A stretch of 30,049 nucleotides of DNA from a virus (lineage: Duplodnaviria > Caudoviricetes), in IMG/VR virus record IMGVR_UViG_3300002966_000377, positions 1 to 30,049 of that record; one strand, 5' to 3'. Both the position numbers and the translations under genes were made by a program. Shown piece after piece: positions 17,758 to 26,426 of the stretch. Under the pieces are notes generated by a model. That model searched no databases. It saw only the letters and a program-made list of their open reading frames with translations, and was not told the origin of the DNA. Position 1 is the stretch's first letter. Each line of letters begins with the position of its first letter.

Positions 17758-18399
17758 TCACAACTTCCGCCTTGCTATCACTTCTTGACCAGTCCCAATG
17801 ATCCTAAAACCCTCGTTTGGATGGATAGGTTCATAATCTGGATTGTCTGATATGAAAGCGATGCTGTTTTTGCCTTTATAGATTCTCTTCACATACAACT
17901 CTCCCTTGTCATCTCTGACGATGACAATTTTCTTGTTCGGCAAGTCTTTAGCATCGTTGTAAAAATACTTTGCTATGATGTAATCCCCATCGTGCAAAGT
18001 AGGTTCCATGCTCTCGCCTCGCACCTTGACGATGAAATGTTTACTCTTGTCTAAATTCATAGACACAGGAAGAGGTATATGCTCTAACACTTCTATTTGT
18101 GAGTTATCCTCAGGAAATCCAGCACCTACTTTGGCAACAACTGGATACCATACAATCGGTTCTATGTTGGGATTGTTATATATATCTTCTTCTTTTAAAA
18201 ACATCTCTCCTTGACCTGTTCGCAACCACTCGGGATTGACGTTGAAGGTTTTGGAGATCAAAATAAGAACCGTATCTGATGGATTCCCTCTTCCATGTAG
18301 ATAGTCTGAAATCGTTGATGGTTTCAAACCAAGCCTTTGGGCAAACTCTTTATTCTTCAATCCAAGCACTTCTATTAACAGCTTAAGCCTGTCTTCCAT
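17758..18399 (-). CDS. CI/LexA-type repressor (XRE HTH plus S24 peptidase)
   Basis: HTH, NPEWL.TG.G, cleavage site VGAG, GESMEP serine, VKR lysine. Confidence 0.92.
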   Translation of the reverse strand: MEDRLKLLIEVLGLKNKEFAQRLGLKPSTISDYLHGRGNPSDTVLILISKTFNVNPEWLRTGQGEMFLKEEDIYNNPNIEPIVWYPVVAKVGAGFPEDNSQIEVLEHIPLPVSMNLDKSKHFIVKVRGESMEPTLHDGDYIIAKYFYNDAKDLPNKKIVIVRDDKGELYVKRIYKGKNSIAFISDNPDYEPIHPNEGFRIIGTGQEVIARRKL

Positions 18400-18436
18400 A
18401 CTATTCCTCCTATTACCTTCGCCGACAATCTAAAAT

Positions 18437-18512
18437 TATACGATTATCGCAAATAAATAAAAAAATACTTGACAAAATACGATAATCGTATTATAATAAC
18501 TATATCGTAAAG
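18437..18512 (+). promoter_or_regulatory. Early rightward sigma70 promoter with operators
   Basis: TTGACA (18469-18474), 17 bp spacer, TATAAT (18492-18497). Palindrome AATACGAT-A-ATCGTATT at 18476-18492 and a second copy TACGATTATCGCA at 18439-18451. Confidence 0.9.
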
Positions 18513-18550
18513 TTAAGCCATTTATTTATGGTATACGAAGGAGGTTAAAC

Positions 18551-18802
18551 ATGCAAGAGTTTAGAGAGTACATCAAGGAGAAGCTAAAGAAGAAAGGCAT
18601 CTCCATCAATAAGCTATCAGAAGAGCTCGGCGTACGAGAGCTGTATCTTAGAGATGTCATAGCTGGCAGGCGTGTATCGTTGCCAGTGATCCACAAAATC
18701 TCTAAGTACCTTAAGGATCCTCACGTAATCTACAAATACGTAGAGGAGTATTTTGCAAGAAAAGAAAATGAAGAAAATCTTAAAAGGAGGTATAGAGTAT
18801 GA
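18551..18802 (+). CDS. Cro/Ner-like HTH regulator
   Basis: XRE-like HTH, divergent from the repressor. Confidence 0.8.
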   Translation: MQEFREYIKEKLKKKGISINKLSEELGVRELYLRDVIAGRRVSLPVIHKISKYLKDPHVIYKYVEEYFARKENEENLKRRYRV

Positions 18803-19083
18803 ACAAACCAGAGCTTATAGAAGCAGTAGCCGAAAGGGCTGGTGTGCCAAAGAAGATGGCTGAGCACATACTGGACGCAACAGTATCGGTAATTAGAGAG
18901 ACTCTCTTATCGGGTGAGAGAGTTAAGATTAGTGGGATTGGTATCTTCTACGTCAAACAGTACGAAGCTCGTGCTGCTATCAATCCGAATACAGGAATGA
19001 GAGTAATGTTGCGTCCTCGTAAAGTTGTCAGGTGCAAAATTGCACGAGACCTCAATAGAGAAGTAAACGGAGGCAAAAAATGA
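18799..19083 (+). CDS. HU-family DNA-binding protein
   Basis: MNK.ELI.AVA, GERV.I.G.G.F, NP.TG. Confidence 0.92.
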   Translation: MNKPELIEAVAERAGVPKKMAEHILDATVSVIRETLLSGERVKISGIGIFYVKQYEARAAINPNTGMRVMLRPRKVVRCKIARDLNREVNGGKK

Positions 19084-19244
19084 AGGTAGGTCTACTACAA
19101 CAAGAACTCTGGAGATTGCATGCTGTCATTTTCAGATCTCCAAGGGGTTATAGGGTAGTGGTATATGAAAAAGAATACAGAGTTAAGACTCTTAAAGATG
19201 TTTTATATCTTTTGAGCGTGTTAGAAAAACACGCAAACAATTAA
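19080..19244 (+). CDS. 54-aa hypothetical protein (not in ORF track)
   Basis: ATGA overlap with the HU stop, GGAGG RBS, reads MKVGLLQQELWRLH...HANN*. Confidence 0.7.
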   Translation: MKVGLLQQELWRLHAVIFRSPRGYRVVVYEKEYRVKTLKDVLYLLSVLEKHANN

Positions 19245-19258
19245 AAAGGAGGTAAACA

Positions 19259-19993
19259 ATGACAGCAATAGTAAAGCAAGATAACGTTGTAGAGTTAGTA
19301 AAAGTGCTATTCCCACATCTACAAGGGGTGAGCGATATTGAAATCAGGAAAGCTGTCGCTTTGGCAAAACACTTGGGATTAGACCCCACGAAAAAAGAGG
19401 TTCACTTTATACCATTTAAAGGGAGCCTTCAATTAGTTGTAAGTTATACGGAATATATCAAACGTGCTGAACGCTCTGGGAAACTGAACGGCTGGGATGT
19501 AGCCGTTGGCAAGGATGAGGTTGGGACATATGCAGAGACTACGATCTATAGAAAAGACTGGGAACACCCTTTAAAGTGGAAAGTCTACCTATCAGAAGTC
19601 AGGAAAGATACACCCTCATGGAAAAGCATGCCAATATTCATGCTTAAAAAGGTATGCATCGCACAGGCTTTCAGGCTTGCGTTTCCAGAAGAGACAAACG
19701 AGCTTCCATATGAAGAATCAGAGCTTGTGCCAGAAATTCCAGAAGAAAAAGACCCAGAGCCAGAGCATCAGAATACCATATCCGAAGCTCAGGTCAAACG
19801 ACTCTGGGCAATAATACGCACTACTGCAAAATATCATAACATAGGTGAAGAAGAAACGGAACTCATCGTAAGAACAGTATTAGCTGACTTTGGTATAGAA
19901 AGCACAAAAGATATACCTAAAAACTTATACGATGAGATAACAGAGACTATCAAGCAAAGAATTGAAGCAGGGGGGAAGAGTGCTTCTAATTAA
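19259..19993 (+). CDS. Bet/RecT-family single-strand annealing protein
   Basis: GLDP..KEVHF, Y...A.RSG, YRKD, W..MP..ML.K....QA.R.AFP. Confidence 0.9.
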   Translation: MTAIVKQDNVVELVKVLFPHLQGVSDIEIRKAVALAKHLGLDPTKKEVHFIPFKGSLQLVVSYTEYIKRAERSGKLNGWDVAVGKDEVGTYAETTIYRKDWEHPLKWKVYLSEVRKDTPSWKSMPIFMLKKVCIAQAFRLAFPEETNELPYEESELVPEIPEEKDPEPEHQNTISEAQVKRLWAIIRTTAKYHNIGEEETELIVRTVLADFGIESTKDIPKNLYDEITETIKQRIEAGGKSASN

Positions 19994-20053
19994 CCGTGTG
20001 GAGTTGAAAATGGCACGCACTGACCGCAACCTTTCCTCCTCTGCCCCACAATT

Positions 20054-20077
20054 GCAGGCTTCGTGCCTGCCCTTTTT
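20054..20077 (+). terminator. Possible weak intrinsic terminator or attenuator
   Basis: Hairpin GCAGGC-TTCGT-GCCTGC followed by CCTTTTT. Confidence 0.4.
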
Positions 20078-20098
20078 AAAACCTTTAGGAGGTGTATC

Positions 20099-20368
20099 AT
20101 GATAGAGCAAATATTTCATAGCAAACATGGTGCTTTGCAAAGCATAGCTAAGCACTCTAAAAGCCCATATGAAAGAGCTTTTAGAATGGCAAAAGAAATC
20201 ATGAAAGAGCTTGAAACAGTAGAGATGTTTCACTATGACATAAGCTTCCAAGATAATGTGGTGATCATCAAAGAGATCATAGTACACGAAAACGGACAAA
20301 TGTATGAGATAGTAGAGCTAAACTTAGACACGGGTAAATACATCATTTCACATAGGAGGCAAGCATGA
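20099..20368 (+). CDS. Hypothetical protein (probable start ATG 20099)
   Basis: AGGAGG RBS; coupled to the next gene. Confidence 0.65.
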   Translation: MIEQIFHSKHGALQSIAKHSKSPYERAFRMAKEIMKELETVEMFHYDISFQDNVVIIKEIIVHENGQMYEIVELNLDTGKYIISHRRQA

Positions 20369-21324
20369 AGGTATTAGGCATTAAAGATGTACAGGTCAGC
20401 AAAATTGAAGTCATCCAAGGACTTCTGCCACGTGTGGAAACCCACACGGTGGAAGACAAGGTAGAAGAGTACAAAGAAGCCATGAGCCTTGGCTCTGAGT
20501 TTCCACCAATTACCGTGTGGTTGAAAAACAACGAATATTGGCTCATAGACGGAATGCATAGGCTCATGGCTACGAAGAGACTTGGTAGAGAAACAATCAA
20601 GGCTGAAGTAGTAGAACTCAAGGATATGTTAGAAGCAAAGGTTTTGGCGATCACGAAAAACAAACATGGATTGCCACTGACTAAAGAGGAAAAAAGACTC
20701 TTGTGCCAGTCGCTTTACATGGATGGGATAGAAGTATCAGAGCTTATAAAAATATTTAACGTATCTGAAAGGACTATCTATAATTGGACTTCTGGATTGA
20801 AAAGAAGAGAAAAGCCTGAGGAAGTAAAAGAAAAGGCATTGGAAATGAGAAAGCAAGGGTATACACAGGAGCAAGTGGCAAGAGAGCTGGGGGTAGGACG
20901 AAAAACAATTTCTGATTGGGAAAGAGAAATGGCGGAACCTGAAAAAATTGCAGATTCCGCCAAAGGTACAGACTCAACCCCCACCCCCAAACAAACAGGC
21001 GACTGGACAACAAAAGACTGGAGAGACTGGACAGAGGAAGACAAAAACCAGATGGCTAAAGAACTGGAAGAGTTTCTGACGGATGAAGTCTTAGAGGAGA
21101 TATATGGAAAACAAGAAGAAAAAAAGAAATCCAACGCTGGAAGACCAAAGAATGAGCCACCACCACGTACAGACGAGGAGATATACGAGGATGCAAAACA
21201 AGCTGTACTTGAAGTAGCATATCAAGCAGCGATTAAAATAGGTTGGGAAAAAGTGTTTCAGCTACTGGACGAAGCAAGAGAAAGAGCAATAGAACTTTCA
21301 AAATCATCAAAGCGAGGGTGGTAA
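20365..21324 (+). CDS. ParB/Srx N-terminal domain protein with two HTH motifs
   Basis: FPPITV...LIDGMHRL.A; HTHs FNVSERTIYNW and TQEQVARELGVGRKTISDW. Confidence 0.85.
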   Translation: MKVLGIKDVQVSKIEVIQGLLPRVETHTVEDKVEEYKEAMSLGSEFPPITVWLKNNEYWLIDGMHRLMATKRLGRETIKAEVVELKDMLEAKVLAITKNKHGLPLTKEEKRLLCQSLYMDGIEVSELIKIFNVSERTIYNWTSGLKRREKPEEVKEKALEMRKQGYTQEQVARELGVGRKTISDWEREMAEPEKIADSAKGTDSTPTPKQTGDWTTKDWRDWTEEDKNQMAKELEEFLTDEVLEEIYGKQEEKKKSNAGRPKNEPPPRTDEEIYEDAKQAVLEVAYQAAIKIGWEKVFQLLDEARERAIELSKSSKRGW

Positions 21325-21325
21325 G

Positions 21326-21505
21326 ATGAGGAAAGAGCAAATCAGAACAACAGCAATAAAACTATACATGCAAGGCTATTCTTTTAGACAAATTCAAAAG
21401 ATTTTAAACAAAATGGGCTTCACAGTCCACTTTACCACTATAAAATATTGGATTGATAAGCCAGTCCAGCTACCAACTAACAAAAGCAATAAAAATTTGC
21501 AGTAA
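21326..21505 (+). CDS. 59-aa HTH protein paralogous to the transposase N-terminus (not in ORF track)
   Basis: MRKEQIRTTAIKLYMQGYSFRQIQKILNKMGFTVHFTTIKYWIDKP...; 26 of 44 residues identical to transposase residues 1-44. Confidence 0.85.
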   Translation: MRKEQIRTTAIKLYMQGYSFRQIQKILNKMGFTVHFTTIKYWIDKPVQLPTNKSNKNLQ

Positions 21506-21517
21506 GGAGATAATAAA

Positions 21518-22954
21518 ATGAAAAGGAGAGAAGTACGAATAAAAGCTTATGAACTGTTCTTACAAGGATATTCCCTCAGACAAATACAAACCATACTCAA
21601 CAAAGTGGGCATCAAAGCCCACTTTTCTACTATCAAATACTGGATTGATCAAGAAATCCAGATACAAAAAGAGAAAAGTATACAAATACCGCAAGAATTA
21701 AAACAGCGAATTAGAGATTTATTACTTCTAAAAAATAAAGAAAAAGGAAAATCAAGGTTTTTGTCTTTTAGGCAAATTTACAAACTAATAGAAATGGATT
21801 TGCAAATGATAGGGATAACTTCCTATCAGAGCTTCAACAGAATTATCAAAGACTTTATAAATCAAGAATGGGGGAGCTATGAAAAATTACAACAGAGAAG
21901 ATTAGATAAGAGGGAAGCATCTAAGCATATAGTAAGCAAGGGCAAGCTATCAAGAAATAAAGCAGAATGGGAAATAGATGCGACTGGATATTCTTACAAT
22001 GGGAAGCACTATCACATATTCATAGCGAGAGAAAGATATTCAGGCTGTTTTCTCGATGCTTTTTATAAAGAAGTAAAAGAAGATACAAACACACAATATT
22101 ACAACAGAGCTTTTAGCACGTTAGACATTGCTTTATATCTTATGAGCTTGTTTGAAAAATACGGCTTGCCTGAAAAAATCATAACTGACAATGAAGCAAT
22201 ACTCAAAACAGAACTTATTACCAAAGGATTAGAAAAATTAAATATTAGACATAGAAATACAATCCCAGGAAGACCTAACCAAAAGCTAATAGAAAGAGCC
22301 TTCCGAGACCTAAAAGACAAGCTGAGATACTACACCCAAACACATAGCGAGTTTGCAGATGCTTTGAAGGTATCTCTTGAGATGTACAACAGAGAAGAAC
22401 ACAAATTTGAGCATCTCAACGAGCCAGTGATACCTGAAATTTTGCACCAAACAATACAATACAGGCAAGCCAACATAGATGAAATTAGGCTTGCTTTTAG
22501 AGAAAGGTTTATTCGTGTTGTAAGAAACAATAGCATAACAATAGACAATCTTGTTTATGAGTTCTACTATCCCGTTGAAAGATATGGAGAATATGGAAGA
22601 AAAGCCAAAGCTCCAGTAGTGGTGTGTTATAGGGATATACAAGATGCAACAAAATTAGAAGTTTGGGATGAGAAAGAACAAGAAAGGCTTGGATATGCTC
22701 AGCTCATTTCTAAAGATGTTCCAAGCCTTGAAACAATCGATATAAAAGAGCAAAAGAATAAAGAGAAAAGAATATCTAAAAGAAAGGCAAAGCTAACAGA
22801 AGAGATGGAAAAGATGAGACAAGAAGAGATAAAAGAAAATAGAGAGATATTAGACATTACAAGCATCTTTGGAACTGAGGGGGAGGAAATAAAACAAGAA
22901 GAATCAAAGCAAGAAGAAGAAATTGACATTTTAAAACTTTTTGGAGGTACATAA
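21518..22954 (+). CDS. DDE transposase (MuA-like, rve core)
   Basis: WEIDAT, GLP..I.TDN, K.IER.F catalytic triad; N-terminal HTH. Confidence 0.9.
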   Translation: MKRREVRIKAYELFLQGYSLRQIQTILNKVGIKAHFSTIKYWIDQEIQIQKEKSIQIPQELKQRIRDLLLLKNKEKGKSRFLSFRQIYKLIEMDLQMIGITSYQSFNRIIKDFINQEWGSYEKLQQRRLDKREASKHIVSKGKLSRNKAEWEIDATGYSYNGKHYHIFIARERYSGCFLDAFYKEVKEDTNTQYYNRAFSTLDIALYLMSLFEKYGLPEKIITDNEAILKTELITKGLEKLNIRHRNTIPGRPNQKLIERAFRDLKDKLRYYTQTHSEFADALKVSLEMYNREEHKFEHLNEPVIPEILHQTIQYRQANIDEIRLAFRERFIRVVRNNSITIDNLVYEFYYPVERYGEYGRKAKAPVVVCYRDIQDATKLEVWDEKEQERLGYAQLISKDVPSLETIDIKEQKNKEKRISKRKAKLTEEMEKMRQEEIKENREILDITSIFGTEGEEIKQEESKQEEEIDILKLFGGT

Positions 22955-22955
22955 G

Positions 22956-23645
22956 ATGATACACACAGAAGAAACAATCATCAGCACAATCTCTGCCCTA
23001 AAGAGGATTAGGGAAGAGCAGAAAAGCCCAGTCCACGCCATACTCTACGGCTCATGGGGAACTGGTAAGACATTCTCATCACAAAAAATTGTATCACACT
23101 ACGATGATGTCTTCTACATCAAGATCCCAGATGGGGACATCTCAAAGGGAAGACTGTATAGACTGATTGGCTTGGCTCTACGTTCTGGTGTAAGGCATAC
23201 ATGGGAAGGCACTTTAAACATGATAAAGTACCACTTAGACTACCTCAAGCTAAAGCCAATCTTTATACTGGATGAGAGCCAAAGAATACTTTCAAAATAT
23301 CATATTCTGAATGAGCTTAAAGACTTATCAGAAGACCTGGAGTTAAATTTTTCCTATATCTTTTTAGGAGATCATACAATACCAAGAATATTGGCAACGC
23401 ATCCGCACTCAATACATAAAAGAATAGTTATCACAAGGGAGCTCCAACCAATTACAGAGAACACAATAGACACATTAGCAAAAGAACTAAAAGTAGAAGC
23501 AGATGTAAAAGAAATTTTTGAAATATCAAAAAAGAAAGGCTGGACTACCATTGATGTGGCTTTTATACTGCAAACTTGCAGACAAGCAAAACAGCCAGCG
23601 AAGAAAGACATCATAGAAAAAGTAGCAGTAGCGTTAGGGAGGTAA
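22956..23645 (+). CDS. Transposition AAA+ ATPase (MuB-like)
   Basis: GSWGTGKT Walker A, FILDE Walker B; directly after the transposase. Confidence 0.88.
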   Translation: MIHTEETIISTISALKRIREEQKSPVHAILYGSWGTGKTFSSQKIVSHYDDVFYIKIPDGDISKGRLYRLIGLALRSGVRHTWEGTLNMIKYHLDYLKLKPIFILDESQRILSKYHILNELKDLSEDLELNFSYIFLGDHTIPRILATHPHSIHKRIVITRELQPITENTIDTLAKELKVEADVKEIFEISKKKGWTTIDVAFILQTCRQAKQPAKKDIIEKVAVALGR

Positions 23646-23647
23646 TC

Positions 23648-24166
23648 ATGACAGAAGGACAGATTTGGCAAGTGATGCTTAGGTTGAAAATATTTACGCC
23701 TTGGATGGTGTTAAACGAGTTAAAAGCACCATCCTACTTGAAAAGCATCTATAAGGAGAAAATCAGAAGCATTATAGCTGGACAGTTGAAAAATGGCATT
23801 TTGGTGGAATATAACCAAGAGCCACCAGTGTTTGGCTTGCCTAATCAGGATATAGAGACGATCAAAAGAACATGTGGAGTATGTGGGAAAAGATTTATCC
23901 CTGTGAAATCAAACGATACATACTGCAGTGAGGAATGCGAAAAGGAATATAGGAAGCAATACTTACACAAAAGACATAGACAGCAGGGAATGGCAATTCA
24001 TCGCAGATACACAAAAGAAGAAGAAAAACTCATATATGACATTCTGAGCGTATATGGTTGCAAATCTGCAGTTTTGCAGGAACTCTCCAAACGCCTCGGA
24101 AGACATCCAGAGGCGATAAAGTCAAAATACAAACAGATGACGAAAAAGGAGGCATCTCATGAATAA
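23648..24166 (+). CDS. Zn-finger plus HTH/Myb-like protein (probable start ATG 23648)
   Basis: CGVCGK.F...YCSEEC; YT.EEE...LSKRLGRH..AIKSK. Confidence 0.65.
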   Translation: MTEGQIWQVMLRLKIFTPWMVLNELKAPSYLKSIYKEKIRSIIAGQLKNGILVEYNQEPPVFGLPNQDIETIKRTCGVCGKRFIPVKSNDTYCSEECEKEYRKQYLHKRHRQQGMAIHRRYTKEEEKLIYDILSVYGCKSAVLQELSKRLGRHPEAIKSKYKQMTKKEASHE

Positions 24167-24653
24167 CAGACAGATTTTAAAGAAACTTGAAAAGTTTGAT
24201 GAGCTTTTCAAAAACAAACGCTTTAAAGATGCGATAGATGTGATACATGAACTCAGAGCAAGATTGCAAGAAGAAATAGAAAAAGAAGAGCAGCGGTCAG
24301 GCTATGTGAAAGAGTTGCAACATCTCATGGGCTGGTATTTGAACCTCTGGAATCAAAAACCCCCAGAGATGTTTAAGTACTCGGTAGAGTATAGAGCAAT
24401 CATTGGTAAACATTTCAAAGATTTGATACAAATCTACGTACGAAACAATGAAGATATAGAACAACTCAAGAAAGATTACGAGAACTTCAAAAAATCCAAA
24501 AGAGAATGGAATGGGATATTGCAATTTAGGAACCACTTACCAAACATAAAGGGCAAGTCAGACAATAAAGAATGGTGCAGTCCTGAAAACCAAAGAGGCA
24601 AGGACTACTACTTGAAAGACTGGGTGAAGGATGATGATGATGTACCGTGGTGA
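24159..24653 (+). CDS. Hypothetical protein, possible replication-initiator partner
   Basis: Coupled upstream of the DnaC-like ATPase; acidic DDDDVPW tail. Confidence 0.55.
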   Translation: MNNRQILKKLEKFDELFKNKRFKDAIDVIHELRARLQEEIEKEEQRSGYVKELQHLMGWYLNLWNQKPPEMFKYSVEYRAIIGKHFKDLIQIYVRNNEDIEQLKKDYENFKKSKREWNGILQFRNHLPNIKGKSDNKEWCSPENQRGKDYYLKDWVKDDDDVPW

Positions 24654-25309
24654 GGTGGGATATGAAAATCTACAAAAACATTGAACAGATTAGAAAAGAT
24701 TTTCCACACAGCACAATTCTTGAAGATGAAGCTGGGTTTTGGGTTTGTAAAGAATCGCAACCGGGATATATTCAGAAAGTAGACAGATATCTCAAGCCAC
24801 GCACAAAAACACAGATCAAAGATATCCTAAGTTCAGGACATTTTCCAGATAGACTAATAGATGTTGCTTTGTTTAAAATCAAAGAAACAGAAAGTATAAA
24901 GAAAATAAGAGAATCAGAGAAAAACGGGGCTGTTTTGGAAGGAAGAGCTGGTGTAGGAAAATCTGTTGCTTGCACTTGGAAAATAGCAAAGCTGGTGTAT
25001 TGGTGGAAAGTGCAGAATCCACTTTATATATCCTCTGTGCTGTTTGATACGAAGATATTTGAAACCTTCCAAGAACACGATGCATATCTTATAGATGATT
25101 TATTACCAAATTTAAAGGATATCAAAATTGATTTAATAACTCAAATTATCTATTACGCAGAATCTAAGAACATTCCTTTATACATCACCACAAACTCAAT
25201 AGAAAGTTTCAATCAGTTTCCAGAGCCTTTGATGTCAAGGCTTAAATCTTATTGTGAATATATTAAGATTAAACAAACTAAAGACTTAAGAGTTGAATCT
25301 GTATGTTGA
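24647..25309 (+). CDS. DnaC/IstB-like ATPase
   Basis: G.AGVGKS, LIDDL, ITTN, SRL. Confidence 0.75.
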   Translation: MVRWDMKIYKNIEQIRKDFPHSTILEDEAGFWVCKESQPGYIQKVDRYLKPRTKTQIKDILSSGHFPDRLIDVALFKIKETESIKKIRESEKNGAVLEGRAGVGKSVACTWKIAKLVYWWKVQNPLYISSVLFDTKIFETFQEHDAYLIDDLLPNLKDIKIDLITQIIYYAESKNIPLYITTNSIESFNQFPEPLMSRLKSYCEYIKIKQTKDLRVESVC

Positions 25310-25318
25310 AATTGTCGC

Positions 25319-25347
25319 TTGTCTTTTTTCTACAAACTGCGTATAAT
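25319..25347 (+). promoter_or_regulatory. sigma70-type promoter for the HTH gene
   Basis: TTGTCT, 17 bp spacer, TATAAT. Confidence 0.65.
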
Positions 25348-25358
25348 AAATCTCAGAT

Positions 25359-25601
25359 ATGGATAGATTCCTAACGGTTTTTGAAGTAGCAACGCTCTTT
25401 AGAGTATCCGACAGGACAATTTACACTTGGATAGATGAGGGAGTTATCCGTTGTATAAAAATAAAAGACAAATCAGCAGTAAGAATACCAGCCTCAGAAA
25501 TAGAAAGACTGGTTCAAGAAGTTCTTGAAGTACCACCAACAAAACTATCCGCACAAAGAAAAAAACGTCTTTTAGAAAATCTCATCAAATCTCTTAGATA
25601 A
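25359..25601 (+). CDS. MerR/excisionase-like HTH (HTH_17) protein, candidate late activator
   Basis: LTV.EVA..FRVS.RTIY.WI..G...RIP..E. Confidence 0.8.
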   Translation: MDRFLTVFEVATLFRVSDRTIYTWIDEGVIRCIKIKDKSAVRIPASEIERLVQEVLEVPPTKLSAQRKKRLLENLIKSLR

Positions 25602-25609
25602 TCTTCTCT

Positions 25610-25625
25610 TTGAAACCTTTGCTGG
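25610..25625 (+). promoter_or_regulatory. Late-module motif copy 5 (TTGAAACCTTTGCTGG)
   Basis: 32 bp before GTG 25658; hexamer CATAAT. Confidence 0.8.
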
Positions 25626-25657
25626 TTTTTTAAACTCAATAAAAACATAATAACAGT

Positions 25658-26383
25658 GTGATTACTGTAGAGACGCTGTTGACAACTGAGAATTTGAGCG
25701 AAGAACAAGATTTTGTAGAAGTAAGCGTTGTTGCTCTTTCTTCTACGTGCGTGCAACGAAAATATGGCAATCTTTGCTTCCCAGATGATCTTTTAGCAAA
25801 AAAAGCAAAGACTCTTATAGGAAAGCCTGTCTTATTAGATCACAAATGGGAAGTAGGTTCTGTAATAGGAGTTGTAAAAGATGCGTATTTTCAGAATGGC
25901 AGGATAATTGCAAAATTGCAGATAGTAAAACATGGGAATGAAAAGCTCATAAATCTTTTGAAAATGGAACCAAGACCCATCTCAGATGTAAGCGTTGGAA
26001 TGACATTAGAAACAGAAAAAGAAGAAGACAATAAATACGTAGTAAAAGACCTCACATTCAAAGAGCTTTCTTTTGTTTTTGAAGGAGCAGATAAGAACGC
26101 AAAAGTGTTGTTTGAAGCAGAAGAGAACAAAGACACAGACTACGCACGTTGGTGGGAATCTCAAGAGCTCAGACAAAAAGCACCACGGGACTATTTCTTA
26201 GATCCAACGAATAGAAAATACCCTTACAGGACTTGGGAAGGGCAAATATCATGTGCAAGGCTACGAGCTGCAATCAGTCTTGCAGCTCTTCATGGAGATT
26301 CTCGTGTAGAGGCACGAGCAAGGAATTTGTATGAAAAACACTGTAAAGGAGGTAATAAAGATGGCCAAGAAGAAAGAAGTTAA
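25658..26383 (+). CDS. Prohead protease with C-terminal extension
   Basis: GKPVLLDH...IG.V, VSVG, ELSFV..GAD..A. Confidence 0.8.
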   Translation: MITVETLLTTENLSEEQDFVEVSVVALSSTCVQRKYGNLCFPDDLLAKKAKTLIGKPVLLDHKWEVGSVIGVVKDAYFQNGRIIAKLQIVKHGNEKLINLLKMEPRPISDVSVGMTLETEKEEDNKYVVKDLTFKELSFVFEGADKNAKVLFEAEENKDTDYARWWESQELRQKAPRDYFLDPTNRKYPYRTWEGQISCARLRAAISLAALHGDSRVEARARNLYEKHCKGGNKDGQEERS

Positions 26384-26408
26384 AAGACCTAAACCAAAAG
26401 GCAAGTAA
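26361..26408 (+). CDS. Possible 15-aa basic peptide MAKKKEVKRPKPKGK
   Basis: AGGAGGT RBS about 7 nt upstream; fills the gap before the scaffold gene. Confidence 0.5.
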   Translation: MAKKKEVKRPKPKGK

Positions 26409-26426
26409 AACTAAGGAGGTAAAAAT

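Noticed and set aside
20634-20645. Partial late-motif match (AGCAAAGGTTTT) inside the parB gene
   Set aside because: Incomplete match on the antisense strand of a coding region, with no gene module downstream.
21518-25309. Tn7-like/CAST element or IS21 insertion
   Set aside because: No TniQ or Cas genes. The IstB-like ATPase is not adjacent to the transposase, and the genes are embedded in a phage early operon.
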